A DNA stretch of 64,000 bases. Origin: an uncultured Anaerolineales bacterium. GTDB taxonomy: Bacteria > Chloroflexota > Anaerolineae > B4-G1 > SLSP01. The translations under genes were made by a program, and so were the position numbers. The stretch is from assembly GCA_964501335.1 (NCBI GenBank), contig CAZCTC010000036.1:8224-72223 (forward strand), read 5' to 3'. This document shows, one piece after another, positions 1-8,854 of this stretch. Under the pieces are notes generated by a model that saw only the letters and a list, made by a program, of their open reading frames with translations, had not been told where the DNA came from and searched no databases. The number at the start of each line of letters is the position of its first letter. The first letter of the stretch is position 1.

Positions 1-60
1 ACAGAGCAAAGAACCGTTACGCTCCACCGCCGCCGCCAACTTATCACTGAAAGCATTCAT
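1..60 (-). CDS. pyrF: 5' end of an orotidine-5'-phosphate decarboxylase-like gene (partial; runs off the window)
   Basis: Minus-strand ATG at 60..58, preceded by AAAGGAG (76..70) with a 9-nt spacer. The 20 aa visible (MNAFSDKLAAAVERNGSLLC) resemble the type-2 OMP decarboxylase N-terminus (..SLLCVGLDP). Only 20 aa are in the window. Confidence 0.3.
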   Translation of the reverse strand, partial: MNAFSDKLAAAVERNGSLLC

Positions 61-82
61 CTCCCTGATCTCCTTTCGAAGC

Positions 83-114
83 AAAAAAAAAGCTCCGCCG
101 ATAAACGGCGGAGC
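83..114 (-). terminator. Intrinsic terminator/attenuator hairpin immediately upstream of the pyrF RBS
   Basis: Minus strand reads GCUCCGCCG-UUUAU-CGGCGGAGC followed by U9: a 9-bp GC stem (92..100/106..114) plus A-run 83..91 on the plus strand. It lies 6 nt upstream of the pyrF RBS. Confidence 0.5.
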
Positions 115-249
115 CTGAAACCTCAACACAAAAAATATCAAATGGAAAATCGTCTTCCGTGCCGGTTATCTGCCCGGCCCGGAACCACACCAGCAGCTTG
201 AAATCCCGATACCTCGTCATTGCATCCATTGTTTAACCAAACCCGGTCG

Positions 250-278
250 ATCATACCAGAAAGCCGGCCGTTTGGCAA
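250..278 (-). promoter_or_regulatory. Sigma70-like promoter (TTGCCA-17-TATGAT) driving a ~165-nt leader that ends at the 83..114 terminator
   Basis: Minus strand: TTGCCA (278..273), 17-nt spacer, TATGAT (255..250). Confidence 0.4.
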
Positions 279-299
279 GAGAGAAAACGCGCTCGTGAT

Positions 300-1130
300 T
301 CTACATAACCTGTCCTGAAAATAGGCGCGCCGTGCCCCCCATGGGCGACCATAAAGGTCGCCCCTACCCGAACACCCCCAATGGAGGGGCGGGGTTACCC
401 CGCCCGGCCCATCCCCAAATCAACCTTCCCCAACGGAAAAGCATCCCCCACCGGGTAATTACCTTCAGAATCAATACATGGATACCTGCATCGGGCGAGA
501 AAACCTCGCCCCTACACAAACGATCTCCCGTAGGGGTACCCCTTGTGGGTACCCAATCTGACAAATCGTCCATTTTCCTCTTTCGGGGTGCCGCCCCCCG
601 CATGGCCTTCTGTCCTGAAAATAGGGCTCTATAGCCTTTTAGCATCCCGCAAATGATCTTTTTCCGGCCAGAAACGACGCGCGGTGCGAAGCAGGGGAAG
701 AGAGTTTTTTTGTTTATGTTTTTGCGCGCATCAGAATGCGCGCAAAAACATAGCCTTTTCCAGAGCCGCCCTGGCGACGCTCTCTTCCCCCTCCTTCCCC
801 CACAGAGCAGTCGTCATGCGGAAACCGGATCCCCGTTCCCGCGTGTTCGTTGGGGGAAGGAGGGGGTCAGGGGGAGGATGAGGGCCAACAGGCAGCGCCC
901 GACAATCTATTTTCCTCTTTCGGGGAGCCACCCCCGGCATGGCCTTCTGTCCTGAAAATAGCCGGAATTTTTAACGCAGAGCCGCAAAGAAGCAGAGACG
1001 CAGAGCCAGAAAAAATAAATCTTCCTCTGCGTCTCTCTGCGATCTCCCCGTCTCTGCGTTGAAATCTCTTTTTCATCCTCCAGAATGCCGCCCCCTATAA
1101 AATTTTTGTAGTAAAATCTGATTCTCTGGC
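300..1130. repeat. Noncoding mosaic of dispersed short repeats
   Basis: Three copies of tttcctctttcggggtgccgcc..ggcatggccttctgtcctgaaaatag (~315, ~575-625, ~905-960). GCCCCTAC..GTAGGGGC hairpins at ~357-394 and ~505-545. Modular element with hairpin 716..751. agagacgcagag..ctctgcgtctct hairpin at ~995-1045. The six-frame ORFs here are repeat artefacts. Confidence 0.8.
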
Positions 1131-1170
1131 GGTATTGGTCAAATGCACGCTTGCTTTAAGGAGGCCGGAA

Positions 1171-1956
1171 ATGTTATCGAACGCCGTCGTTCTGCGCGAC
1201 ATTCCCAAAGAAGAAGCCATCCTCGACCTCTTTCGCTATCCCATTCAAGGCGGATTCCGCGGCTTTTACGCCATCGTCCCCATCATCGGCTGGCACCATG
1301 CCAGCGTCAAAGGAGGCGACCATCACAAGGGCTTCTGGTTCTACCTCCATCCCCAGGAAGCCGTCGTCCGCCGTTATGAATACGGCCAGGGCTTTGTTGA
1401 AGACGAACCCACATCCGTCACACAATACAGCCAGCTTGCCTTAAGCGGAGCCATGGGCCCGGCCCTGGTTGAATATCCGCCTCAACTCTACGCCCACTGG
1501 TTCGGCCTGACCCGCTTTATCCCCGAAGGTCCCCAACTCCCCCAACTTCACGAAGAAGACGGCCCCGGCAGCTCCCGCTTTGCCCGGGCCTGGCAGGGAA
1601 CCCATCAAGGCAACCATGAAGCCTTCCTGGCCGAATTCCAGACCGCCTTCCTGCGCTCACTCGTCAGCCAGAAGAGCGCAGAATTCGACGAAGCTGCCGA
1701 ACTACGCTGGAGGCACCTGCTCCTCTCAACCTACAACGCCGGCGAATACCAGATCCAGGAAGCCGCCCCGCTTTTTGAAAACCTCGTCGACGTCCTTCTG
1801 CGGCAATTCGCCCTGCTGCCCGACCCCTGGTTTGAAAAAGGCAGCTTTGTCGTCGCCCAGATCGGCTATATGATCGAAGACATGGAAGACAGCGGCGTCC
1901 CGGAACTCGCCCCCAAAGCCGCCGAACTGAAACGCTACCTGGATCAACGACGATAG
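1171..1956 (+). CDS. Hypothetical protein (262 aa)
   Basis: ATG at 1171 with GGAGG at 1159-1163. Uninterrupted ORF with no recognisable family. The ORF-track start at 1135 lacks an RBS. Confidence 0.55.
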   Translation: MLSNAVVLRDIPKEEAILDLFRYPIQGGFRGFYAIVPIIGWHHASVKGGDHHKGFWFYLHPQEAVVRRYEYGQGFVEDEPTSVTQYSQLALSGAMGPALVEYPPQLYAHWFGLTRFIPEGPQLPQLHEEDGPGSSRFARAWQGTHQGNHEAFLAEFQTAFLRSLVSQKSAEFDEAAELRWRHLLLSTYNAGEYQIQEAAPLFENLVDVLLRQFALLPDPWFEKGSFVVAQIGYMIEDMEDSGVPELAPKAAELKRYLDQRR

Positions 1957-1961
1957 CAACC

Positions 1962-2500
1962 CATTTTTCACCCGCCCTCTCTCTCTGAAAAAAACATAAT
2001 TTGGCGGGCTCTGAAAAAATCCATATTTTCGGCGGCTTTCTGAAGCCGCCGAAAATATAAATAAAAAAACTCTCCCCCCCTCCCGCGCGTCGCTTCAAAC
2101 CGAACAAAAGCCCTTTGCAGGACGCAAAAACACCCCCGTAAAACCATTTTTCGCCCGCCCTCTCTCTCTGAAAAAACATAATTTGGCGGGCTTTCTGAAG
2201 CCCGCCAAATTATAAAAAAATAACTCTCCCCCCCTCCCGCGCGTCGCTTCAAACCGAACAAATGCCCTCTGCGGGACGCAAAAACACCCCCCGTAAAACC
2301 ATTTTTCGCCCGCCCTCTCTCTCTGAAAAAACATAATTTGGCGGGCTTTCTGAAGCCCGCCAAATTATAAAAAAATAACTCTCCCCCCCTCCCGCGCGTC
2401 GCTTCAAACCGAACAAATGCCCTCTGCGGGACGCAAAAACACCCCCCGTAAAAACCATTTTTCGCCCGCCTTCTGAGGCGGGCGAAAAATGGTATAATCA
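1962..2500. repeat. Tandem array of a 156-bp unit (~3.3 copies; the first copy is 182 bp with an extra hairpin insertion), ending in a terminal hairpin
   Basis: Unit starts (catttttcRcccgccctctctctctgaaaaaacataatttggcgggc..) are at 1962, 2144, 2300 and 2456. Each unit carries a 14-bp-stem hairpin (ataatttggcgggc-tttctgaa-gcccgccaaattat) and the cgcgtcg..catttgcgggacgc module in reverse orientation. Same family as the dispersed copies. Confidence 0.9.
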
Positions 2501-2548
2501 CAACCGACAATACACAACACAACCAATTTCACTCATCAGGAGAACACC

Positions 2549-3061
2549 ATGGAGTTCTTTGAAGTAATCGAACAACGTTACAGCGTGCGAGCCTACACCC
2601 CCGACCCCGTCGAAGAAGGAAAGCTCCACCGCGTCCTCGACGCCGCCCGCCTCGCCCCCACCGCCGTCAACTTCCAACCCTTCCAGATCATCGTCATCCA
2701 CACCGCCGGCCGCCAGGACGAACTGAAACGGATCTACAGCCCCAGCTGGTTCACCCAGGCCCCCATCGTCCTGGCCCTCTGCGCCGTTCCTGCCCAGGGC
2801 TGGGTCCGCAAAATCGACGGCAGAAACTACACCGATGTCGATGTCGCCATCGTCATGGACCACCTGGTCCTCGCCGCCACCGCCCAGGGCCTCGGCACCT
2901 GCTGGATCGGCGCCTTCAACCCCACCGCTGCCCGGGAAATCCTCGGCCTGCCCGAAGGCGTAGAACCCATCACCTTTACTCCCCTCGGCTATCCCGCCGA
3001 TCACCGCGTCGAAAAGAACCGCAAACCGCTTGAATCCCTGGTCCACTACGAACGCTGGTAA
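2549..3061 (+). CDS. Nitroreductase-family protein
   Basis: RBS AGGAGA. RYSVRAY near the N-terminus and a nitroreductase-fold signature. 170 aa. Confidence 0.8.
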   Translation: MEFFEVIEQRYSVRAYTPDPVEEGKLHRVLDAARLAPTAVNFQPFQIIVIHTAGRQDELKRIYSPSWFTQAPIVLALCAVPAQGWVRKIDGRNYTDVDVAIVMDHLVLAATAQGLGTCWIGAFNPTAAREILGLPEGVEPITFTPLGYPADHRVEKNRKPLESLVHYERW

Positions 3062-3063
3062 GC

Positions 3064-3780
3064 ATGGCTGAAAAAATCCTGGTGGTCGAAGATGAACCCA
3101 TCCTGCGGGAAACACTGGAATATAACCTGACCCACCAGGGCTATCTTGTCAAAACCGCCGCCGACGGACCGTCCGCCCTGGAACTGGCCCGGCGTGAGCG
3201 GCCCGACCTGATTTTGTTGGATGTCATGTTGCCCGGCCTGGACGGATTCGAGATCTGCCGCATTCTGCGCCAGGAGATGAACTGCCCCATCATTATGGTC
3301 ACCGCCCGCACCGAAGAGATCGACCGGGTGGTAGGATTGGAAGTCGGCGCCGACGACTATATCATCAAACCCTTCAGCATGCGCGAACTGCTCGCCCGGG
3401 TCAAAGCCATGCTCCGCCGCATGCGCATGCTGCACGAATCCGCTCCCGAAGCGGTCAACGCGGAGGTCCCGCCCCGCGAAGATCGGCTCATCTTCGACGA
3501 TCTGACCCTCGACCTGAGCCGGCGGGAAGTCCGCCGCGGCTCGGAAATCTTACACCTGAAACCCAAAGAATACGACCTGCTGCTCTTTCTGGCCCACAAC
3601 CACGGCGCCGTTCTCTCGCGTGAACTGATCCTGGAACGGGTCTGGGGCTGGGATTATGTAGGAAACACCCGCACGGTCGACGTACACATCCGCTGGCTAC
3701 GCGAAAAGATCGAACCCGATCCCACCGTGCCGACCCGTATCGTCACCGTCCGCAGCATCGGTTATCGCTTTGAGGGTTAA
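3064..3780 (+). CDS. OmpR/PhoB-family response regulator
   Basis: Receiver (VVEDEP.., [16 protein letters not shown]) plus a winged-helix trans_reg_C C-terminus. Start is 3 nt after the nitroreductase stop. Confidence 0.9.
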   Translation: MAEKILVVEDEPILRETLEYNLTHQGYLVKTAADGPSALELARRERPDLILLDVMLPGLDGFEICRILRQEMNCPIIMVTARTEEIDRVVGLEVGADDYIIKPFSMRELLARVKAMLRRMRMLHESAPEAVNAEVPPREDRLIFDDLTLDLSRREVRRGSEILHLKPKEYDLLLFLAHNHGAVLSRELILERVWGWDYVGNTRTVDVHIRWLREKIEPDPTVPTRIVTVRSIGYRFEG

Positions 3781-3797
3781 ATACATTCGGAGGAATT

Positions 3798-5564
3798 ATG
3801 TCCCCGTCCATTCGCTGGCGTATCGCCGTTCCCTATGTGGCCCTGATCATCGCCTTGATGACCGGCTTGATGATTTACCTTTCGATCCTGGTCGGCAACA
3901 CCTATAGCACCAACCTGCGCGACAAACTTCATGCCGAAGCCATCCTGCTCGCCGACGCCTTCAAACCGGAACTCCTGGCCGGGAAGACGGCCGAGGAAAT
4001 CAACCCGCTGGTGCAGGAATACGGCCGTCGTCTTAATGCCCGCGTCACGGTTATCGCCCCTTACGGTGCCGTCCTGGGCGATTCCGAGGTGGATTGGCAA
4101 ACCATGGATAACCACCTCAGCCGCCCTGAAGTCAAAAACGCCCTGGAAAACGGCGAAGGTGAAAACAGCCGTTACAGCAGCACCACGGACGAGCGGATGA
4201 TGTACATTGCCGTAGCCGTCAAAGAAGGGCAAACTCCCCTGGGCATCGTCCGGGCCGGCCTTTCGCTACGCGAAGTCGAGCAGAATACCAATCAGCTCCG
4301 CCGCACCCTCCTCCTTGCCCTGGTCGTGGCCACCCTGCTCAGTATCCTCCTCGCCGTCCTCATCGCCGAACGCACCGCCCGCCCCCTCCGCCGCCTTACC
4401 GAAGTGACCCAACGCATGGCCGACGGCGATATGACCGCCCACATCCTGCCTACCACCCGCGACGAAATCGGGCTGCTCACCCGAACCTTCAACCAGATGG
4501 CCGAACAGCTCCATGAAAAACTCGCTGCGCTCTCCGGCGAACGCGACCGCCTCAGCGCGATCCTCGACCATATGGCCGACGGCGTCCTCATTACCGATAA
4601 GGACGGCCGCGTCCGCATGATCAATCCCGCCGCCGCCGTGATCCTCAACCTGCGCGACATGACGGTCGGCTTCTCTTTCGCCCAAACGGTCCGCGATTAT
4701 CAGCTGATCGAACTCTGGCGCCATTGCCATGAACGCGGCGAAGAACAGATCGCCACGCTGGAAATCAACCTCACCCCCCGCTTCCTGCAAGTCATCATCA
4801 CGCCGCTGCGCACCGCCGACCTGGAAGGCTGCCTCATCATCCTCCAGGATCTCACCCCGATGCGCCGGCTGCAAACGGTGCGCCGCGATTTCGTCAGCAA
4901 TGTCTCTCACGAATTGCGCACGCCGCTGGCCTCGATCAAAGCCCTGGCCGATACCCTCCGCGAAGGCGCCCTGGCCGATCCACCCGCCGCCCGCAACTTC
5001 CTCACCAAGATGGAAACGGAAATCGATGCCATGACTCAACTCGTCGAGGAACTCCTCGAACTGAGCCGCATCGAATCGGGCAAGGCCCCCCTCCAATTCC
5101 AGCCCACCGCCGTCATGGACTTCGTCGCCCCGCCCACGGAACGGCTGCGCCCCCAGGCCGAGCGCGCCGGTATCACGCTCTCGCTGGATCTGCCCGACGA
5201 TCTGCCGCCGGTTCTGGTCGATAAGAGCCGCATCGCTCAGGTGATCACCAACCTGGTTCACAACTCCATCAAATTCACCCCCAAGGGCGGCCAGATCATC
5301 GTCTCCGCCCGCCAAAGCGGCGGCGAAATCATCATCACGGTCCGCGACACCGGCATCGGTATCCCCTCCGAAGCGCTGCCCCGCATCTTCGAACGTTTCT
5401 ACAAAGCCGACCGCGCCCGCTCCGGCGAAGGAACTGGCCTCGGTCTCTCCATCGCCCGCCATATCGTCCAGGCCCACCAGGGCCGCATCTGGGCCGAAAG
5501 CCTGGAAGGCCAGGGCACCACGCTCTTCATCGCCCTCCCGGTCGCTCCTAAAGAAAAAATTTAA
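3798..5564 (+). CDS. Sensor histidine kinase (periplasmic sensor-HAMP-PAS-HisKA-HATPase)
   Basis: RBS GGAGG. N-terminal TM, HAMP, PAS, H-box SHELRTPL, and N/G1/G2 boxes. Cognate of the upstream regulator. Confidence 0.9.
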   Translation: MSPSIRWRIAVPYVALIIALMTGLMIYLSILVGNTYSTNLRDKLHAEAILLADAFKPELLAGKTAEEINPLVQEYGRRLNARVTVIAPYGAVLGDSEVDWQTMDNHLSRPEVKNALENGEGENSRYSSTTDERMMYIAVAVKEGQTPLGIVRAGLSLREVEQNTNQLRRTLLLALVVATLLSILLAVLIAERTARPLRRLTEVTQRMADGDMTAHILPTTRDEIGLLTRTFNQMAEQLHEKLAALSGERDRLSAILDHMADGVLITDKDGRVRMINPAAAVILNLRDMTVGFSFAQTVRDYQLIELWRHCHERGEEQIATLEINLTPRFLQVIITPLRTADLEGCLIILQDLTPMRRLQTVRRDFVSNVSHELRTPLASIKALADTLREGALADPPAARNFLTKMETEIDAMTQLVEELLELSRIESGKAPLQFQPTAVMDFVAPPTERLRPQAERAGITLSLDLPDDLPPVLVDKSRIAQVITNLVHNSIKFTPKGGQIIVSARQSGGEIIITVRDTGIGIPSEALPRIFERFYKADRARSGEGTGLGLSIARHIVQAHQGRIWAESLEGQGTTLFIALPVAPKEKI

Positions 5565-5584
5565 AGCAGTACCGCAAAAGGCCT

Positions 5585-5710
5585 TTATTTGTTAAAAAGC
5601 GACGCGCTGGATGGGAAGAGAGAATTATTTTTTATTCATTTTTCGGCGGCTTCAGAAAGCCGCCGAAAAATGGCCTGTTCTTTCCCGTGTTTTCCGGGCT
5701 AACCGCACAG
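5585..5710 (+). repeat. Modular intergenic repeat element (forward orientation) with a 14-bp hairpin
   Basis: gacgcgctggatgggaagagag, then a T-rich stretch, then catttttcggcggc-ttcagaaa-gccgccgaaaaatg (5634..5669), then gcctgttctttcc, then ccgcacag. Confidence 0.85.
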
Positions 5711-5732
5711 GTCGAAAGCGAAAGGAAATAAC

Positions 5733-6869
5733 ATGTCCCCGCTCCAACCTTCACCCGCATTCCCCTTACCCGTTTCACGTTTTACGTTTTACGTTTCACG
5801 TTTTACGTTTTATCTCTGCCTCGTCCTCCTTCTCGCTGCCTGTTATGTCGGGCCGCAACCCGACGCCCGTCAGCCCATCATCCCGGAAGAAGTCCGCAGC
5901 GAATGTCCCGTCTGGGGCCGCGGCGGCTCCGTCCACGCCCGCCAGATCGCCTACGCCCCCGACGGCAAAACGCTCGCCGTCGCCGGCCAGGGCATCTCCC
6001 TGCGCGATACCGCTACCGGTCGCGGCCTCTGGTGTATCGATGAACTCGATCCCCAATTTATTATCGGCGGGCTGAAATTCAGCCCCGACGGACAGACCCT
6101 CGGACTCTACGTCGCCATCTCCAACACCTTACAGTTGCGCCGCGTCGACGACGGCACCCTCATCCGGGAAATCACAGACCCTACCGATTACCTCTATGAC
6201 TTTGATTTCTCGCCCGACGGCCGCTCTCTGGCAACAACAGCCGCAGACGGCACCGTCCGCTGGTATTCTCTCGCCGGCGATGCCAAACTCCTCTGGACCG
6301 CCGCCACTTCCGAATACGCCCCCGTCGCAACAGCCGTTTCCCCCGACGGCCGGACCCTGGCAGTCCGCTACTTCGACGGCCAACTGGATTTCCACAACAC
6401 GGCCGACGGAAGCTTGCAGCGAACGGTTAAACTGGATCTGATGGGCAGTACCGGCAAATTGATCTACACGCGAGATGGTTCAATCCTCATCGCCTGGACT
6501 GAAAACAAAATCCAGGCCCTCCGCCTCAGCGACAACCAGAATCTGCTCGCCGTGGAACTTACCCATGACTCGAAAAGCAGTACCATAATCAACAACGTCA
6601 TGCTCTCTCCCAATGGAAATCAGCTCGCCGTTCTGGCCATGGGTTGGCTCTGGCTGGAACCCGCCGAGAGTTCCAGCCTCTCCGACACCAAAAGCAGCGT
6701 CAACGATCAATACGCAATTAGCCTCTGGAACACCTCCGACTGGAGCCAGGAAAAAACCCTCAACGGCGGCAAATGGATCTACACCTTCGCCTACGCCCCC
6801 GACGGCCAACAAATTGTCACCAGCTGGAACAACGAGATCGCCTTCTGGAATCTGAAGTCTGAAAAGTAA
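5733..6869 (+). CDS. WD40/beta-propeller repeat lipoprotein
   Basis: Lipobox LLLAAC. Repeated ..SPDG(K/R)TLA.. blades. The N-terminal coding region holds a 21-bp tandem duplication encoding VSRFTFY twice. Confidence 0.7.
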   Translation: MSPLQPSPAFPLPVSRFTFYVSRFTFYLCLVLLLAACYVGPQPDARQPIIPEEVRSECPVWGRGGSVHARQIAYAPDGKTLAVAGQGISLRDTATGRGLWCIDELDPQFIIGGLKFSPDGQTLGLYVAISNTLQLRRVDDGTLIREITDPTDYLYDFDFSPDGRSLATTAADGTVRWYSLAGDAKLLWTAATSEYAPVATAVSPDGRTLAVRYFDGQLDFHNTADGSLQRTVKLDLMGSTGKLIYTRDGSILIAWTENKIQALRLSDNQNLLAVELTHDSKSSTIINNVMLSPNGNQLAVLAMGWLWLEPAESSSLSDTKSSVNDQYAISLWNTSDWSQEKTLNGGKWIYTFAYAPDGQQIVTSWNNEIAFWNLKSEK

Positions 6870-6871
6870 TT

Positions 6872-7099
6872 AACCCAAGTTGCTACCTCGATAAATCCAG
6901 CCCATGATTCAAGATCCGCTGCATGCCGTCTAAAAGTAGACAGCAGCAAGTAGACAGTAGACAGCAAAAATCTTCGCCTTACCGGCTCAAATGGACTGGA
7001 AATCCGCTGTCTACTGTCTACCGTCTACTTTCTACTAAACCTTTGCATACAAAAAAGCTTAAATAGAAAGCACGTCTTTTAAAGGTAGCAACTTGGGTT
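6872..7099. mobile_element. MITE-like non-autonomous element with perfect 17-bp terminal inverted repeats
   Basis: aacccaagttgctacct at 6872..6888 is the exact reverse complement of 7083..7099. The interior holds inverted TGTCTAC-array modules (6935..6965 and 7006..7037) and no ORF. It sits 2 bp after the WD40 stop. Confidence 0.6.
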
Positions 7100-7106
7100 G
7101 CTTAAC

Positions 7107-7227
7107 CTTTTTAACGTCCTGCATAGGTCGTTTTTCCCGTAAGAAACGTCGCGCGTGATGGAAGAAGAGAATTTTTTGTTCATGTTTTCGCGTGCCGCAG
7201 ACGGCACGCGAAAACATGGACCTTTTC
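7107..7227 (+). repeat. Modular intergenic repeat element (forward) with a covarying hairpin
   Basis: ttaacgtcctgcatagg..aaacgtcgcgcgtgatggaagaagag..catgttttcgcgtgccg-caga-cggcacgcgaaaacatg (7190..7227), then gaccttttcttg. Confidence 0.85.
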
Positions 7228-7230
7228 TTG

Positions 7231-7285
7231 CTGTCTACTGTCTACTTGCTACTGTCTACTTCTTCTTGCTACTGTCTACTTCTTC
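7231..7285 (+). repeat. TGTCTAC heptad direct-repeat array
   Basis: ctgtctactgtctacttgctactgtctacttcttcttgctactgtctacttc. Related arrays at 12411..12442, 39359..39390, 6935..6965 (reverse) and 7006..7037. Confidence 0.85.
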
Positions 7286-7349
7286 TTGCACTTTTCCCCA
7301 ATTGGACGTAAGATCGGATCAAACTAAAATTCTAACCATAGGAGATCCC

Positions 7350-8840
7350 ATGCGATTCACTCGATTCCGCTTCGCCGCAGGTCTGATCCTGCTGGCACTC
7401 CTTTTCGGCTGCACCCCCACCCCCACCGCACCGATGGGACCGACTCTGGAACTCGGCCCCTGTCATCTCTCCGCACCCGGCATCGCCAATCGCATCCCGG
7501 CCAGCTGCGGCACCCTGGAAGTTCCCGAAGATCGCGCCCACCCCGACGGAGCAAAGATCCAGCTCTACGTCGCCGTCGTGCCCGCCATCTCCAAAGATGC
7601 CGCCGGCGACCCGCTGGTCTTCATCACCGGCGGCCCCGGTGAATCCGCCACTCAGGATTACCTTCGGCTCTATACAGCCTTCAGCCGCATCAACCAAAAA
7701 CGCGATATTCTGTTGGTCGATCAACGCGGCACCGGCAAATCCAACCCGCTCGACTGCCCCGATATAGATCTGGAAGCCGGCGACGACAGCGAAACGGCCA
7801 AAAACGCTATCACCAACTGCTACGCCGCCCTGCCCGGCAACCCCAATTTCTACACCACCGCCGCCGCCGTTGAAGATCTGGAAGCCGTGCGCCAGGCCCT
7901 GGGCTACCCGCAGCTGAACCTCTACGGCATCTCCTACGGCACCCGCGTGGCCCAGACCTACATGATCCGCTATCCGCAAAACGTCCGCACTGCCATCCTC
8001 GACGGCGTCGTCCCCCAGGATGAGGCCCTCGGCAGCACCGTCTCCAGCGACGCCCAGCGAGCCCTGGATAAAGTCTTCGCCCGGTGCGCCGCTCAGACCG
8101 ATTGCAACGCCGCCTTCCCCGACCTCCCCGGCACCCTGAAAAGTATGCAGGAAGAGCTGGATCAACACCCCATCACCGTAACGGTCACCCATCCCACCAG
8201 CGGCGCCCCTACCGAAGTCCGCTTCACCCGCGACACCCTGGCCGGAGCGCTCCGCCTCTTCAGCTACAGCCCGGAAACCACCGCCCTGCTCCCGCTGCTC
8301 CTGCACTCCGCCCAAGAAACCGGCGACTACAGCCGCCTGGCCGCCCTCTCCCTCATCGCCGGCCAGGAATTGCAGGGCTCGATCAGCCAGGGCATGAACT
8401 ACTCGGTTGTCTGTGCCGAAGATGTCCCCTTCCTTTTCGATGAAAAAGGCAACTTCAAAGGCGACTATCCGGCAGAAAAAGCGACCTATCTCGGCGATTA
8501 CGTCCATAAACTGGTAGAACTCTGCCGGGATTGGCCCGTCAATCCGGTTTCAGCCGACTTCAAAGAACCGATCCACAGCGATATCCCCACCCTGCTCCTC
8601 TCCGGCGAAGCCGACCCCGTCACCCCGCCCGTCAACGCGGCCCAGGTTGCCGCCGGCCTGACCCACGGCCTTTCCCTGGTCGCCCCCGGTCAGGGCCACG
8701 GCGTCGCCATGCGCGGCTGCATGCCGCTCTTGATCACCGATTTCGTCGCCGCCGGAGATTTCGCTGCGCTGGATACCGGCTGCGTCGCTCAAATCCAGCC
8801 GCCCCCCTTCTTCCTCAACTTCGCTGGATCCAATCCATAA
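7350..8840 (+). CDS. Secreted alpha/beta-hydrolase lipoprotein (S33 TAP-like peptidase/esterase family)
   Basis: ATG at 7350 after AGGAG. Lipobox LLFGC. GGPG oxyanion motif and nucleophile elbow G-I-S-Y-G. The ORF-track start at 7155 runs through repeat DNA and was rejected. Confidence 0.75.
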   Translation: MRFTRFRFAAGLILLALLFGCTPTPTAPMGPTLELGPCHLSAPGIANRIPASCGTLEVPEDRAHPDGAKIQLYVAVVPAISKDAAGDPLVFITGGPGESATQDYLRLYTAFSRINQKRDILLVDQRGTGKSNPLDCPDIDLEAGDDSETAKNAITNCYAALPGNPNFYTTAAAVEDLEAVRQALGYPQLNLYGISYGTRVAQTYMIRYPQNVRTAILDGVVPQDEALGSTVSSDAQRALDKVFARCAAQTDCNAAFPDLPGTLKSMQEELDQHPITVTVTHPTSGAPTEVRFTRDTLAGALRLFSYSPETTALLPLLLHSAQETGDYSRLAALSLIAGQELQGSISQGMNYSVVCAEDVPFLFDEKGNFKGDYPAEKATYLGDYVHKLVELCRDWPVNPVSADFKEPIHSDIPTLLLSGEADPVTPPVNAAQVAAGLTHGLSLVAPGQGHGVAMRGCMPLLITDFVAAGDFAALDTGCVAQIQPPPFFLNFAGSNP

Positions 8841-8854
8841 CCCGGGAGGCCAGG

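Noticed and set aside
44-229. 61-aa ORF in the pyrF leader
   Set aside because: There is no Shine-Dalgarno sequence. It runs through the terminator hairpin into the pyrF start in another frame. More likely it is untranslated leader.
332-1076. Short ORFs 332..634, 364..645, 653..955, 684..881, 731..940, 850..1062 and 867..1076
   Set aside because: They lie entirely within dispersed-repeat modules. There is no RBS and the translations are low-complexity.
1962-2500. Possible CRISPR array
   Set aside because: Units of 156 bp are directly contiguous with no unique spacers. Repeats are far longer than CRISPR repeats. No cas genes are in the window.
1664-2522. ORFs 1664..2179(-), 1968..2522(-) and nested ORFs with internally repetitive translations
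   Set aside because: They are translations of the 156-bp tandem repeat array (periodic protein sequence), not genes.
4266-5477. Long antisense ORFs inside real genes: 4266..5477(-), 7332..8507(-), 46233..47345(+), 47697..48758(+), 50929..52386(+), 16966..18105(-), 42446..43393(-)
   Set aside because: High-GC antisense open frames with biased Gly/Ala/Arg/Asp composition. No RBS and no family resemblance. Each overlaps a well-supported gene on the other strand.
5611-6075. ORF 5611..6075 overlapping the repeat element and the WD40 gene start
   Set aside because: It begins inside the intergenic repeat hairpin, has low-complexity translation, and is out of frame with the propeller repeats.
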